Positions 39,271 through 53,668 of a stretch of 64,000 nt of DNA are shown piece after piece. The notes beneath the pieces were generated by a model, which saw only the letters and a list, made by a program, of their open reading frames with translations, did not search any database and was not told the origin of the DNA. The stretch comes from Antedon mediterranea (lineage: Eukaryota > Animalia > Echinodermata). The first letter of the stretch is position 1. Each line of letters opens with the position of its first letter. The DNA lies in assembly GCF_964355755.1 (NCBI RefSeq), contig NC_092675.1:5389812-5453811 (forward strand). Direction: 5' to 3'. The position numbers and the translations under genes are program-made.

Positions 39271-40600
39271 ATGGATGCCATTTTACAATATGATCCAAAT
39301 AAAGAAGAAACTTTATATGATATACTTGGTTGTGACCAACTATCAACAGTGAGTTGTCAATTACTATTACAATTTCTAGCATAATGATTATATAACTTTA
39401 CAGTATTTAGACCATAATCAAACTACTACAGTACTACTATTTATAAAAATAATATGTTAATGGTATATTGTAGAACATACACAGTTCTTATGGTCCTCTA
39501 TAATTACAAAATCAAACCTTCGGATCCCGAAAAAGAACGCTAGCCTACCTTAATCATTTACTATTTTGACCCGGACCTCAAGTTTTGCGCTGCCTGCGCC
39601 CCTGGATAACGAAATATGTCCAAAAAAGTGGTAAAACCACACATCATTTTTTTTATACTTACCTACTACAGTAACTTTTTTGTTATTAAGTTTGAACAGA
39701 TAAATGTTGAATACAAGATTAGAGCATTAAAATATCATCCCGATAAAAATCCAGGAGATGCGACAGCTGCCGAGGAATTTAGCAAACTTCAGCAAGCACG
39801 AGATATTCTAGTTCACCCCAAAAAACGCAAGCAGTATGACACATGGCTTTCTTCTGGATTGCATATACCGTACGCTGAATGGGCACGGATGAAGGAGTCT
39901 GTAAAAACGGTGAGATTTACAATACACATAAGCACCCTGTTCAAATGAATTATTGCATTGCCAATTCAAGAGCCTACACCACATTGAATAAATTGATACC
40001 ACATCACTTATAAACTAAATCAATTCATTAAAATATTAAAAGTTTAAAGCAATATTTACAAGCACCTTAAAATTATATGATTAAAAGTTCATTTGGCTGG
40101 TTATAGCATAAACAATTTTTATTTAGTTGATTGATATTGACTGTATTATTATTATTTTTTTTATGCTTCTGTTTTTGGGATTCAGTTTTTAGGCCTTAAT
40201 ACTCATGCAGCACATAATCTACATGTCATTCTAATCCTGTTTTCCTATTTTTGCTTTTCAGTCAATGCATTGGTCAGTCGTTAAAACTGACCCTATGATT
40301 GAAAGTACAACTAAAGAGAGTCAACCGGAGGATTTTGCTGATAAAATGAGTGTTAATGATCAAGGTATTGAATATATGTATTTATTTGAGTGCCCATCCA
40401 GGGAGGGAGGGAGGGAAGACCCTTGGGTAGGACTCTTATAAGGTGTACGTTTTGTTTTAGTCTGTGTGGGTTTAAAGTCCTCCAAGATAATCTTTTTGTA
40501 TATTATTACGATCTACATTGGTTTTCTAGGTTCAGCTGCTGGGTGGAGAAGACAAACAAAGAATGATATTATCAAGAAATTCAGAAATTATGATATATAA
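39271..40600 (+). CDS. DNAJC12: DnaJ homolog subfamily C member 12 (JDP1), 4 coding exons, ~156 aa
   Basis: Exons 39271-39348 (MDAILQY...LYDILGCDQLST), 39691-39909 (J-domain HPDKNP), 40262-40364 (SMHW), 40530-40600 (W...KKFRNYDI*, cf. vertebrate RKFRNYEI). Confidence 0.94.
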
Positions 40601-41852
40601 TCCTAAAATATGGAGTTGCTGCTTTTTTAAGATGAAACTCCTTTAGGATAATACACAGCATAATCATTATCTGTCATACTTACTGTATTTTTGGTAGGTG
40701 AAAAAGGGATGGCGATTACTTACTTGGCACCGGCTAGGCCAAATATTACAATAAATTCTTATCAGCCTCCCACTCTGCCAATTCCGATCATTCTTTATAC
40801 TCTAGACTTGCCCCAAGTCCTTTATGTTGTTGGCATTTTGATTTTTGTCTGGGAACTATCAAGCTGAAGTATTGACACAAGATACACCATGTGTGGCAAA
40901 ATATTTATCGTTTTACCAATATTAAGTTGAAATACAGTCTAGAACTTAGAATATTTATAATCCTACCTATTGATAACAAACTTTATAAGGTGAGTCTATT
41001 GCTTGAGAAAGAGATAATCTCTTAACATTCTAGTCTAGTCTGTGAACTGAACTTTATTGTATCTCTTTTAAATCAGAGGCACAACAAGTTTACAGTGAAT
41101 AATACACACACACATAAAAAAAAATTAGACATAAAAACATTAAAAACTAAAAAAAATGTATAAATTAAGTTTGAGAAGGAATTGTATTATAGATATCATT
41201 TTGTGTGTAAAACTAGTATACATACCATTAAAATAGATATTATCAAAGATTTCCAGAAATAGGAATAAAGTATTAAAAAAGGTAAATGTCCAATCTGGAG
41301 TGTTCTGAAGTCATTCTGCCATTTGCAATGTATAAGAGCAAACAATGTACAATAGATTGTATTATAATTTTATTTATTGTATGTAACTGTGGTGTATCAG
41401 TATATAAATTGTATAATAATTATTATTGCCAAATAAATCAAAATATATATACACATACATTTTGTTTGAACAGTGTAAATTATGAACAGGCAACCTTAGA
41501 AGTAGATGTAGACATCTTTTATTATAACCCTATTCACAAATTTGACTTGCAGTATTTCCCCCATGGGTTTGTATGGGCCTGTGCTATGTACATGACTTGC
41601 AGTCCTAAAACACACAATTTTACAGTTTAATACTTTAAAAAAACACTTTCAATGTCTGAGAGCATCTAGATGTACCATATTCCTGTAGTATCTCTTAGGA
41701 CAGTATTCAACAAAGCAATTTTTGATACATATCATTTCCAAAAATATAATAGTAAGCATTGAAAAGAATTAAGAGACAACCGAACAACTGTTTTGTCATC
41801 CACTCAAACAAACCTAATTTTAAAGCAGTTTGAGTTACTGTATAGTGAGTTA

Positions 41853-42021
41853 AGCGTGGTTCCCACTAGCGACGGAACGAAACGTAAGAAAATGCCCTCC
41901 CGATAATTGTGTTTGCCCCCACCTGCGTGAAATCAAACCTGTGACTTTGCAGCACTGTTGCGTCATCGGTTCCCACTTGTGATTATGCAATATGTCGTTG
42001 CGTTGTAGTGGGAACCACACT
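41853..42021. mobile_element. Harbinger-type MITE (TIR AGCGTGGTTCCCACTA) in probable MRPL1 3' UTR
   Basis: TTA target duplication on both sides; same terminus as family M2 at 50023. Confidence 0.78.
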
Positions 42022-42131
42022 TTAGTGTATGTAACAGAGGGTTGAACTTGTGCTTGTTGGCTTGTACAAAACATTTCTAAAAAGCTATAACAAGAGTTTT
42101 TATTTCTGATGAATCAAAATCAACATCCACA

Positions 42132-45100
42132 CTATTTGTCTTCTTCTTCACATGAGCCAGGAACATATGATTCATATTCAAATTGATGACCATCTAATAA
42201 GAAAGCGCTGACTGTTGCTTTTCGAATTAAAGGACCTGAAAGAAAAAGGCAAATGAAATGATCAAAACTTAAACCACTCGTGATTGTTTAAGCTTGGAAA
42301 AAATTTATTTCAAGGATTATCATACATAACCTTATTCAGGAGTACGGTAGTGACCAAATAAGCAAGGTGCAATGTGCGTTTATATTTGTATCTATGGGTA
42401 CGTACGTTTATTCGTTATACACATTTGTCTTACTCCACATCCATACACATATGGTATCAAAATGGGTATATTTCGAAGGTTTTAAACTATTTGAATTAAC
42501 CCAGGAAGGGGTTAGGAGAAGCAATGGAGGGGTTGTGAGTAATGGGATAACAACATGACCAGAATTTGTACTGGGATGGTTTTAAAATGGAGTGGGTTAG
42601 GTATTTCTTTTAGTAGTAGATAATATGAATATCTCCCTGTAGTATAATTGGCTAGGAACTTACCAGCTGCTGGTGGTTTATGAGTACATACTGCTTCTAT
42701 TAAACTTTTTACATTCTCTTCTATTTGTGTATTACTAAGACTTAACTGAAATGGACAAAAAAATGTTGAGACTTTCAGTAAGTTTTACGGTTAGATAATA
42801 TTGATTTTTACTTTTAAACATCTAAGAAATGATTGTATTAAAAGATAATCACACCACTTAGTTAGGCTCGATTTTCATCCTATCTGAGGAGATGCAGGAT
42901 TTGGCAGGAGGGGTGGCAAGGTTTCCAGAGCAGCCTTTTAAATTTGTAATTCTTTGAAGTATACTCGATCCAATAAGGTAGTACTGTAGTACTTTCCAAT
43001 TAATACCACTCTAACACAATTAAATACCCTCAAAAGATTACAAGAGAGTTTATGGTGAGGGCGTGTGGTGCAGTGTGTTGGACGTTCGACTACTGATCAT
43101 GAGATCGAGGTTCGAATCCAACTCTCGTCACATTGCTTGTATTTTTAGGCAGGATACTTTACTTACATTTGCCTCTCTCCACCCAGGTGTATAAATGGGA
43201 CCCGGGTTGGATCAAGACACAGCTTTGCGCTGATTACTAGCTGCATTATAAGAGTATGTTGCCATACGTGTTTGATCCAACAAAATGAGTGGGGTAATAA
43301 TGTTCAGCGCTTAGCAGCAACATTAGGCGCTATATAAATCTAGGATTATATAATGACAGTATTGTTGAGTGACCTCTGTGACCTGCCCACAAAAGGAAAT
43401 CTGCATCTAACTTTACTGGTTTCCAAAAGAATTGTTTACCTTTCCTACAGCTACATTAACATGTGGAATTTTTGTTTGTACTTTATAAGCAATTCCATTT
43501 AAATACAAAGCAAGCATCTTCTTCATGTCAACGCCAACAGAACCTTTTACGATGTAAAATATAAACATGTGTAAATATTGTGATTCTTAACATTGGTAGA
43601 AATGGCAATAGTTAGTTTCATTACAGTTCTGTAAGAATATCATATTCAACATATACCTTAATCTCTCAGTAATTGTCATTTCATTAATGTGTTAAAACTA
43701 CTGAAACTTTTACTGTAAAAACATAGAACAAATTTCTACAGAGATTGTATTTTTAATTATATATCAGTGTCATCAATTTCATACATTGTCTCACCTCTTT
43801 TTGAGCTTGGAAACGTTTTCCTAAGTTTTTTCTTTAATGGCAACAGACCTGCCATCATGGATGGACTTGCTACTATGTAGTCATAATCAGTAAACTCATC
43901 ATTCAGTATTTGATTTATCAAGGCTTCATCACCTATCATGTGAGCGTCGCAATTCATCGCTTCAATCACTTGATCACCCTGTAAATTAATAGTGAATGAT
44001 GACGGGTTCAAATTAATAAGTACGCCTATTGTTTTTTTTTTATATTTGGGCAAATTGCCAAGTTCACCATCCTTCTTTAATCATCCTGTTCAAAGGAAAC
44101 AATATCACTACACAAGACACTCTACATACACAACGTCTTAAGCACTTTCTACACTATCAAACTAGTTTGACAAAAAAAGTGTGATGTACCCAAATATGGT
44201 AGTGATATGACATCATCATGTCCATATATGGGCACATCACATTTTTTTGTCACATAAAGTTTGATAGTTTAGACAGGGCTTAAACAAGTCTTTAGAATTG
44301 AAGTTGTTTTATGGATTAAGAAAAGTATACTGTACCTCCGCAAAGCAAATCACTTTATTAGATGCTTTAAATTTATGTGGTATTGCAGCCATACCTATAA
44401 ACGGCTCTACTTGTTTCTGCAAGATAAAATCATAAATACTATACAATGTTTAGGATTTGATGGTGAAAATAATTTTTCTTTTTGTATTTGTTGAATGGTG
44501 ATGAATATTTCTTTATGCGTCGAAAGAGACTGCTATATAGCAGTCAATCTTTCAACTCATGAAATATTCTCCACCATCCAACTAATAAACATTCATTATT
44601 TGTATAAAACTAACATTAGCATTCCATAGAAATATTGAAAACAACAATTTATATCTTAAATTGTATACAAACCTTTTTTAATGGTATAGTCAAGTCAAGA
44701 AGCAAACTCAAATTAACAGTTCTGTCACTGTAAATTTCTGGTTTTCGACAATATGCCCATTTATCTTGCGCCCTCAAATCATCAAGACATTCACTGATAT
44801 GTCGAATTTTTGGTGGATAGCGATCAATACGATAAACATCATCGACAGGTTCCCATCCATCGAAACCTTTAGGAACATCCTGAAGATCTGCACTTGCTCT
44901 GAAGGGGAAAACAAATATTCAAATGAATATAGTATTCTAATCACATCAGTTGAATTTTACCACAGAACATTTAACCCCTGAAAAATGTTTGTATCTGGTT
45001 TTATGGATATAATATAAAATGTCTATGTATTGTTAAACCACATTTGCGACGTATATATAATATTGGTTTAACATTTTACTGTGTAAAAAATATAATCTAA

Positions 45101-45920
45101 TAATCGGAAATTCTAATGTGTTTGACGAGATGTGCACAGTAGCCAGGTACAATACATCTTTCGTTAATGTTAGACATTATAAACACCACAATTGCATAGT
45201 ACATGTGCTACAGTACACAAACAAAAATACAGCACAGTAGGTGAAGCCAAATATAGGGGTCTTCATGACAAATTCAAATTTTCAAAATTTGTACAAGGTG
45301 TAGATTAAGCTCAACCAAATCTGCGACCTCTTCAGTCAAAGACTGGTCTCCCAGAGGGCCCAGTTATGATCAGTGGCTGTGATGTACTATTATACACCGA
45401 GGTAACCCTCTACTCGTCTCGAAAGATGTACTAGGTTCTTTAAAGTGCACACGAGCTAGATGTGTACACTAGACCTACGGTTTATAGTCCTTATCCGAGA
45501 AGATCCGTTCTACCACCAGAACCATGGAGTGAGTGAGCCTCGAACCCCTGCCGATGTTATGGCTACGTAATTACGGTTCTGCTGTCTTAACCGCTCAGCC
45601 ACTCACTCTACTCTGTGGCAGCAAGGGCAGAGGAAAACAATAAATATGGGGTCCTCCTCAAAATGAGCCTTTGTTTGGCTGGAGCAACTCTGCCGCACTC
45701 TGAATCCGAGAGTGCGACTCACCCACTTCTTTATCTAAGTGAAAATCTGTAACAGATTTATTCACGGAACGAAAGCATCATAATAAAATCTAAACAAATC
45801 TTACATATTTGTAAATGGTCGGCATAACGTTCTCGCTAACGGTTTGCAGTGGGTTTTTTCTGTAGTAATTTTAATCACTCTGAACAGGCACTCAAGGTAT
45901 CTCGCTTTTGCCAAGACCAT
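42132..45920 (-). CDS. MRPL1: Mitochondrial ribosomal protein L1 (uL1m), 7 coding exons, ~298 aa
   Basis: Exons 45920-45805 (basic targeting-peptide-like), 44898-44673 (WEPVDDVY), 44416-44336 (VEPF...NKVICFAE), 43978-43795 (LLPLKKKLRKTFPSSKRG), 43543-43440, 42745-42664, 42235-42132 (GPLIRKA). Phases consistent; first coding exon least certain. Confidence 0.87.
43058..43353 (+). mobile_element. tRNA-derived SINE, family B (CORE-like, L2/CR1-type tail)
   Basis: TGGTGCAGTG A box, GGTTCGAATCC B box, CTCTCTCCACCCAGGTGTATAAATGGG core, GGCGCTATATAAAT tail; inverted copy at 47199-47507. Confidence 0.8.
44141..44280. mobile_element. MITE family M1 copy
   Basis: TIRs and internal motif, TTA/TAA flanks. 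Confidence 0.78.
45325..45608 (-). mobile_element. tRNA-derived SINE, family A
   Basis: Third near-identical copy, in an MRPL1 intron; a decayed partial copy lies at ~31220-31315. Confidence 0.85.
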
Positions 45921-47198
45921 TTCTAGGTTTAAGAATACAACATTTGATGATTATTGTAACAGTAAAAGTTCATAAAGTTCAGTTATTATACCTGCGAGTT
46001 AATCAAAAGGTTACAGGTAGCCTATAGTTATTGCGATACTCTACAATCAACTGATCAACTGATTTCCATGCACCTGCAGATGATTGCAAAAATGTCTATT
46101 ATATGGAATGCACTGTCCAATTTAGTAATTAAAAACGATAATAGATGTTTTGTGAATTTCAATTTTAAAAAGTAGGACAAAAAGTCAGGATGTTTTTTAT
46201 TTCCTCGAGCAATAAAAAATAACACTTTTTAACCATTTTAATAAAATTTCAAATGACGTCATTATAATTCCTTTTAAAATGCAGCGTGTTAAAAACAATA
46301 TTTTTAAAACTTAATTTGGATAAATTTTATAAAAATTTCAAATGCTAAATTTATGAATTCATTTCAAAATGTTTATCAATGTTTCCTGAAAACCCGGATG
46401 TTTAGCTTAATGTTTGACGTCATTCTAAGAATTATTTATAAATTAAAAAATAAGAAGACATTGTAAAATTAGAAATGTAAACCGGATTTAACTGGATAAT
46501 GATGTGTTTATTAATAATATACTGTATAATATATGAGAAAATTTCCATTTGAGCTGATCCCCCTTTCATATTTTGTAAAGCATGTTGACAAATACTGTAC
46601 CAGCATTCATTGTAAGTCAAAAACTATATAGTTTTTGATTTATTTTATCAGCCTTTTTGTATTGAATCAAAAATGATTATATAAACATAGAAGTTACCGT
46701 ATTAAATTTACTAAAAATTCAAGGTTAATTTTGATAAATAGCTTGTTTATGTTCTTGCTCGCTCTGATCTTATGGTAGGCCTAAGCAGCCAAGCAACATG
46801 CAACTGCACTTTGTGGCCATGCTAAAACAGAGCTTTACTGACTTTTGTTTTATTTATTCGTTTTCATTATCATATTTGTAAGGTACATCTCTGTCAGTTT
46901 TAGTTACATGCACATTTAGTTAAAAAAAGGTTAATGATCAACAAGATTTTTGTTATTATATTATGTATTGTAACAATTATGTACAGAATGAACAGGATGA
47001 CCTTTAAAAATCTCAATAAGAAATAAATTATAGAAATAATGAGATCAAAGAAGGCCAAACATGATTTACAATTGACATCCTGCATTATTTACACAATATA
47101 TGGCTGTATTTACATTACAGTTGAATTTTTAAAAAATGCATTAACAAAATTTAAAAAGGGAAGGTAGAATCAAAAATGGTACTGTACATTCAGTAATT

Positions 47199-47507
47199 AA
47201 TAATAATATCCTGGATTTATAAAGCGACTAATGTTGTGAAACCCCTAAGCGCTGAACATTATTACCCCAGTAATTTTTTGCATTAAACACATACTGTATA
47301 TGGAAACATACTCCCATAATGCAGCTATTAATCAGCGCAAAGTTGTGTCTTGATCTAAACCGGGTTCCCATTTATACACCTGGGTGGAGAGAGACAAACG
47401 TAAGCAAAGTATCTTGCCTAAGGATACAAGCAATGCGGCAGAGTTGGATTCAAACCGCGATGTCACGATCAGTAGTCCAACGTCGAACACACTGCGCTAC
47501 ACACCCT
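47199..47507 (-). mobile_element. tRNA-derived SINE, family B
   Basis: Reverse-complement homolog of 43058-43353. Confidence 0.8.
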
Positions 47508-47869
47508 GGACTGTAATAGGGTCACACTAAAGCCTGCCAAAACCCTGGAGAGTGTCTGAAAGGTCCAGTGAACAACTGCATAGTATTAGTAATAAATGCC
47601 CGAATACCGATAAGTTTTTGTTCAAAAGATAGGTCTACGTCATTTTTCAAATAAGTTAATTGGATTGGACAGTTCCAGTTTTAAATGTTGCATTTTATCT
47701 TTTTTTTCAACAACAACTGTTTAGGCCTATTTCATATTTTTATAATTGATTGCAAATAATGATGATATATGACTGTAATAAATGAATGTATTGTAATAAA
47801 GTAATAAAATGATCTAAACAAGTGCAGTTTGTATTTTTTTTAAACTGATGATAAGTTGAATACTATTAA

Positions 47870-48495
47870 AGCCCCATTCCCTACGTTTTTTAGATCTAAT
47901 TTAAGATCACAAACTATATTTAATGTAAAAATAATACTATATGGTCCTATTGCGATAACTTTTTTCGTCTTTAAACGGTTAAAAAGGTGAAAAATAAGTC
48001 GATTCTAATAATTATAGCGGCCCGCTATAAATCCCAAAATGCATTGCGCGCGGATTGATATTTTTGTTTTTCACCTGTAATTCGCCCACTTTTCGATCGA
48101 TCGTGAGGCCAAAACAAATGGAAGGCTCCTAACTTTTCAGCGAAAATACCGGGTTTTCCCCAATTTGTATCAACGGAGTCTGGCAAAAATAGAAATACAA
48201 TTAATGCAGCAACTATACAACGTCAGGCTAGGTATATAGGTAGCGTACGATGTTCGTACGTTACCGATGTTTACCAGCTAGGCCTACAAAACTAAGCCTA
48301 GCTAGGCTAGGCCTAAGACCGTCCACGAGAGGTCGATCGCCGCGAGCTACTTAGGTAGTGCATTGTTTCTCACTTTTTATCATAATTTACCATAAAACGT
48401 ACATTTAAGACAAGGAATGACATGGTTTAATGTTTTTAAAGTGATATATATGTATTATTTTCCAAAAAACGTCCAAAATTGCAGGGAAGGGGTCT
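47870..48495. mobile_element. Kolobok-type non-autonomous DNA transposon (second family)
   Basis: TTAA|AGCCCCATTCCCTAC...GCAGGGAAGGGGTCT|TTAA imperfect TIRs with TTAA duplication. Confidence 0.7.
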
Positions 48496-50022
48496 TTAAC
48501 AAAATACAGTAAACACGATCAAATCATCTATCTAGCTCTAGATATTTACCTGTAATTCCATACTAAACACAACGTTTTAACTTAAAAATGAATTCAGGAT
48601 TGTTAATTCTTAATTAATAAAAATGGTCTTTAAAAAGTTATAATTTAGTCACATAATCCTTCGGCGCTTTTTTCAGTACCTCGAGCGGCCCACCCAGGCG
48701 CTCCCTATGATCTAGGCATACCAAGAACTTTACCTAGATAGAAAAGGCCTACTCTAGTTACTAGGTTAGGCCTACTTAGTACTTGCCTCGCCTCTAGGTA
48801 GCCTAGGTAGGCCCTACTCTACTACTAGACCAGAATAGAAGTGACTAGAGGCTACTAGCCATACATAGCCTAGGCTAGGCCTAGGCTAGTATTATTAGTA
48901 ATGCATTAGTAGCTAGTTCTCTAGGCCTAGCTAGGACCCTATGGGTATTTATGTCTATGTCAGCATGAAAAAACCCTTCAACTACTAAAATGCGGAAAAA
49001 ACATATATATATATATATATAAAGTATATTTAAAAGAAAGAAAAAAATCTAAGTTACTTTTTTTGTTTATTTTAGACTTCGTCTCGCATGTGTGTGTTTT
49101 TATATGGATGATGCGTGTTTACATTGTGTGTCGTGTCGTGCGCCACCTACCGTCGTCAAACAAGATATTAAAGCTGCATTCACACTTGTTCTGTTTCACC
49201 ATAGAGATATTATAGTGAACTATAATATATCTCTATGGTTTCACGGAACGGAACCACGGTGCCGTGTTCAATTGTTAATAGATATGGGAGAAATCATCCA
49301 ATTTGATATAGGATACATAAACCAAGAAATTCTAATGAATGCTCGTCTCTCTGTGGATGGAGTCAATTTTAACAGAGAGAAATAATATTAAGCTTCTCAA
49401 AACCCGGTTATTGATTTTAATTTTGAATGCCCGTGGTTTTTGTTAAAGACGATCAGCACCTGTCTTAATGGTATTTATCATTCTTAATTGATTGGTTTGC
49501 AGGAATTACCGTTTACAGTTTACCTTTCATATTTATTTTTGAAAACCAAAATGTTAAAACGGTATTGAATCTAATGTAGATCATCAGTCTAGCATTCATG
49601 ATGTAGGCCTATATATCATAATTTTCAATCATTCATAAAGTAGGCCCGTGGCGTTCCTTGTGTATAATTATTAGATTGGTTTCTTTGAGAAACATATACA
49701 AATCCATGTGCAGCCACAGTGGCTCGATCTAGTAAACAGAGACACGGAGCGGATTAAGATATCGACCTGTCGCCATATAATCCATTTCGTGTATATCAGG
49801 AAAGTCTCTTCTATAAACTCTCGTTAAAGTGATCTATATTTCACATTTTTAGTTATAATATTTGCCGTTATAAAATCTCTTTTTCGTTAAAAATACAAGT
49901 AAATATACTGTTGTACATTAAATAAATATATATGACTCGACAATGTTAGGCATAGCGTACAAATCGGCTTAGTTATCAGTAAACAAAATAAATACCGTTT
50001 AGTTAGATCAAAGTAAGCCTAA

Positions 50023-50489
50023 AGCGTGGTTCCCACTAGCGACGCAACACAAGGACGTAACGCAACGCAAGTGAATTGACCAATCACAAGCGATGGCTTA
50101 TTTGCTTGTGATTGCTAACTGTCTATAAAGCTTGGTTCTCACTAGAACGTAACGCAAGGACGTAAACGCAACGCAAGTGTTTTAACCAATGACAAGCGAA
50201 GTTAAGCGTGGTTCCCACTAGCGACGCAACACAAGTACGTAACACAACGCAAGTGAATTGACCAATCACAATCGATGGCTTATTCGCTTGTGATTGCTAA
50301 CTGTCTATAACTTCGCTTGTCATTGGTTAAAACGCTTGCGTTGCGTTTACGTCCTTGCGTTACGTTCTAGTGAGAACCAAGCTTTATAGACAGTTAGCAA
50401 TCACAAGCGAATAAGCCATCGCTTGTGATTGGTCAATTCACTTGCGTTGCGTTACGTCGTTGTGTTGCGTCGCTAGTGGGAACCACGCT
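50023..50489. mobile_element. Triple-nested Harbinger-type MITE family M2
   Basis: Intact 179-bp copy 50205-50383 flanked by TTA, inside an inverted copy 50129-50489, adjoining the left half of a third copy 50023-50128. Confidence 0.85.
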
Positions 50490-51279
50490 TATCAAGTCCT
50501 ACAAGGTAGGCCTAGTAACAATATAGGTGGTAGGTAGAGATGTTCTTTCATCTTTACCACCACCAGTTGCTGCTGTGGACAAAGAAGTCTACTGTGAGCA
50601 GCACAGTTCAGTTATAAAGTAGGCCCTAAAAACTAGTCGTTTATTATTATAAAGTCCTATGTTAATAAACGTTATAAATAAAATATTGAATAACATGAGT
50701 TAATATATATGCCATACGTATGTAGATTTCCCATACTAATTAGTTAGGCCTAATGATAAATATTTATTATGTGCATCTGCTCCAAAAGGCATTTTGAAAT
50801 AGGTTTGTCACTCGATATCCTTTTTTAAAAAGACATTAGGCCTATCTATCATCTTTTTTTATATAAAACATATCTGACAATAATGAAAACACATTAGATA
50901 AATATTTCGCTTCGTTTATTACATTTATCATAACACAAACAATACCAACTTGTATACATAGTCATAAACACCACAAAATGTGGCCACGGAGGTATAAAAA
51001 TAACTCCGTTACGAAAGTGTATGTTGATACACATTTTACAAAGAATATCAAAGAATTATATTTTGTATAAAATTTACAATGTAAACTACAATGAGATGAT
51101 TTTCATATTTTGTCTGACATCAAACAATGTTTCGATGATGAAATGTGATATATATTACATCATTATCATAGGCCTATTATTAATTTTGTCTTTTTTAGTA
51201 AAAAATGTTCCATGGTTGTCTTGATTTATTTTTATTCTTTGCATGAATTGGAATCAAATATCAATCAATCAATAACTTA

Positions 51280-51444
51280 GGCTCTCTCTATACTATCAAC
51301 AGTTTGACCAAAAAAAGTGTGATGCGCCCAAATATAGTAGTCACATGCGCAAATATCATAGTGATATGACATCATCATATCTTATATAGCCTAAGGGCAC
51401 ATCACATTTTTTGTCATATACGGTTTGATAGTGTAGACAGAGCC
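51280..51444. mobile_element. MITE family M1 copy
   Basis: TIRs and internal motif. Confidence 0.72.
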
Positions 51445-53668
51445 TACTATATTTGATGAGGCGTTATCTGTCAATTATAGTATTTGATTAGGCTATTATA
51501 TATATAATAATATTTAAACGGCCAATTAGATAGTTAGAGTTAATTAATACAATCCGCATATGTCTACTGTCATATGCAATATTTTACTTTTAAGCGTATT
51601 ATTTTTATGACAGCTCATCCAGGAGCTTCATAACTTTAAGCCCTTGTTCTTAGATACGTCGACATTCATTCATATTGACTAATCCAATCAAACGCAAATT
51701 ATCCTACAAATATCTTAATCTGTAAGATTGTATTTTTATTCATTATTTTCTATTATGTTAATCCGTGGATAAAATACAGTTTAACTTAAAAGTTCAACTG
51801 AAACGCTTAAATAATATGAAATATATGGTACCGTATGGTATAGCACAATACATATGCAATACTATGATTTTAAAATAAACTTGACAATAATATATTTAAC
51901 TATCATACACAGTGGAAAGTTGAGAATATCGATCATGGATTATAATAATCTTTTGAATCTATACCCGACAATCCCTATTTAGTACACGCTATTACTATAG
52001 GCAACCTGCGAATCTGGCATATTTATTAGGCTTACATACTTATTGTAATTTTGGCGAACAGGTAATATGTTGTGTGGAGCAGCAATATTCGTTTACGAGA
52101 GAGCATGTCCAGTGTAACCTATGAACTTACGTTAAATATTAACAACCCTAGCAAACTCAATTAATTATTTGTATTGAATGACATCATATTGTATGCATAC
52201 TAATATTATATTCTATTAAAGCATAAGCTTACAAAATTCATTGCGTTGATCAATTGTTTACATTAGCAATATATACATATTACAGAAGCATATATTTTAT
52301 ATATTATTTACAGTATTATGCGTCAAAAAGTCTAGTCCGTGCAGCGACTCCTTTGTCATAGTCAGTACCAGTTATTCAACCTTTGATGCCTTCCTGAAAT
52401 GTCCATGGTATTAGAAACAAGTTCCAAAACTTTTACTGTGTAGGCCTTGCATCTTCTCGGTTTAACCCCTTGGCATAACTAATCGTCTTAAATTTAGTTG
52501 GGGCTATTATGCCAGCATTTAAGTCACATTGGTCTAAATTATCAAAATAAACTCTATGTATTTCATTGTATTATAGGCACAAGTATCAGATATCATCTTC
52601 ATTTTGGCAAATAATGTTTAATTTTAATCTGATTATTATCCGATTATGAAAACAAAAAGAACTTGCATTCTTATGACTTATTTGGCTGGTTAATTTTTGA
52701 ATTACAAACTGTCGAATTTTCTATTCATAATTTATTTGTTTACTTTTATTTTGTCATTTTTATCATTATTACTTTATTCTATTATCATTTACAATTTAAA
52801 AATGTTTCAGCTGTTTTCAATTTAAATATTTATTAGAAACATTAATTTTAAGTGATTTAATTTTCCGATTATTTTTGTTATGATGTCAAACATAAACTAC
52901 GTCCAGCCAGAGTGTCCAGTAAACGGTCAACTGTGTCCAAGTTCGTGAAATGAAATTATAAAGACAGATCAGTCGTCGGTGGCCGTCAAAGAATGTATTT
53001 TCTTTAAGAACATGGAAATAAAGATGAGTAAAATCAACCTTTAAGTTTTAACAATTATTCACTTTTTTTCCAGAAACAAAATAATGATTTCGCTTATTTA
53101 AAAACAAAAACACATGGCTTCTGGTTTACTGTTTTATTCTTTAAATTACGATTTTATTAGGTAAATGTTGTTTTTTTTATCCAATTTGTTTGGTCAAAGT
53201 GAATAATCGATGTGACATTAAAATGACATATTCAAAAAAATATTATTATAAAATTATTTTTTTTCAGAGGATAATTCTGTTTTCCTGCACTTTATGTATT
53301 GTAGTCAGGAGAGGTTTTCTTTTAGAAAATCATTTCTGTATAAAAATCAGATTGGAATTTATTTAAAACGGAACTAGCCATCTTAGAATTAATTGTTGTT
53401 ATGATAGAGACACTGGAGGTAATTTAAACAATACCGTAGAGTATTCGGCTTTTGGGCCTAAACAAATGATTCTTTTTGTGAAATTAAGGGGAACACACGA
53501 ATACTCTCACAATGAAAGAGATTCTATGTGGTAAGTATTCCTGTTCAAGATGTTATACAACGTGTTTTTATTTTACTAAGTAGTATAACAACACGATGCG
53601 TATAATGACATAAATTCATGGATTGTGATAAAACGTTACATTTTTCCATTTGTAACGTGTTCCTTATG

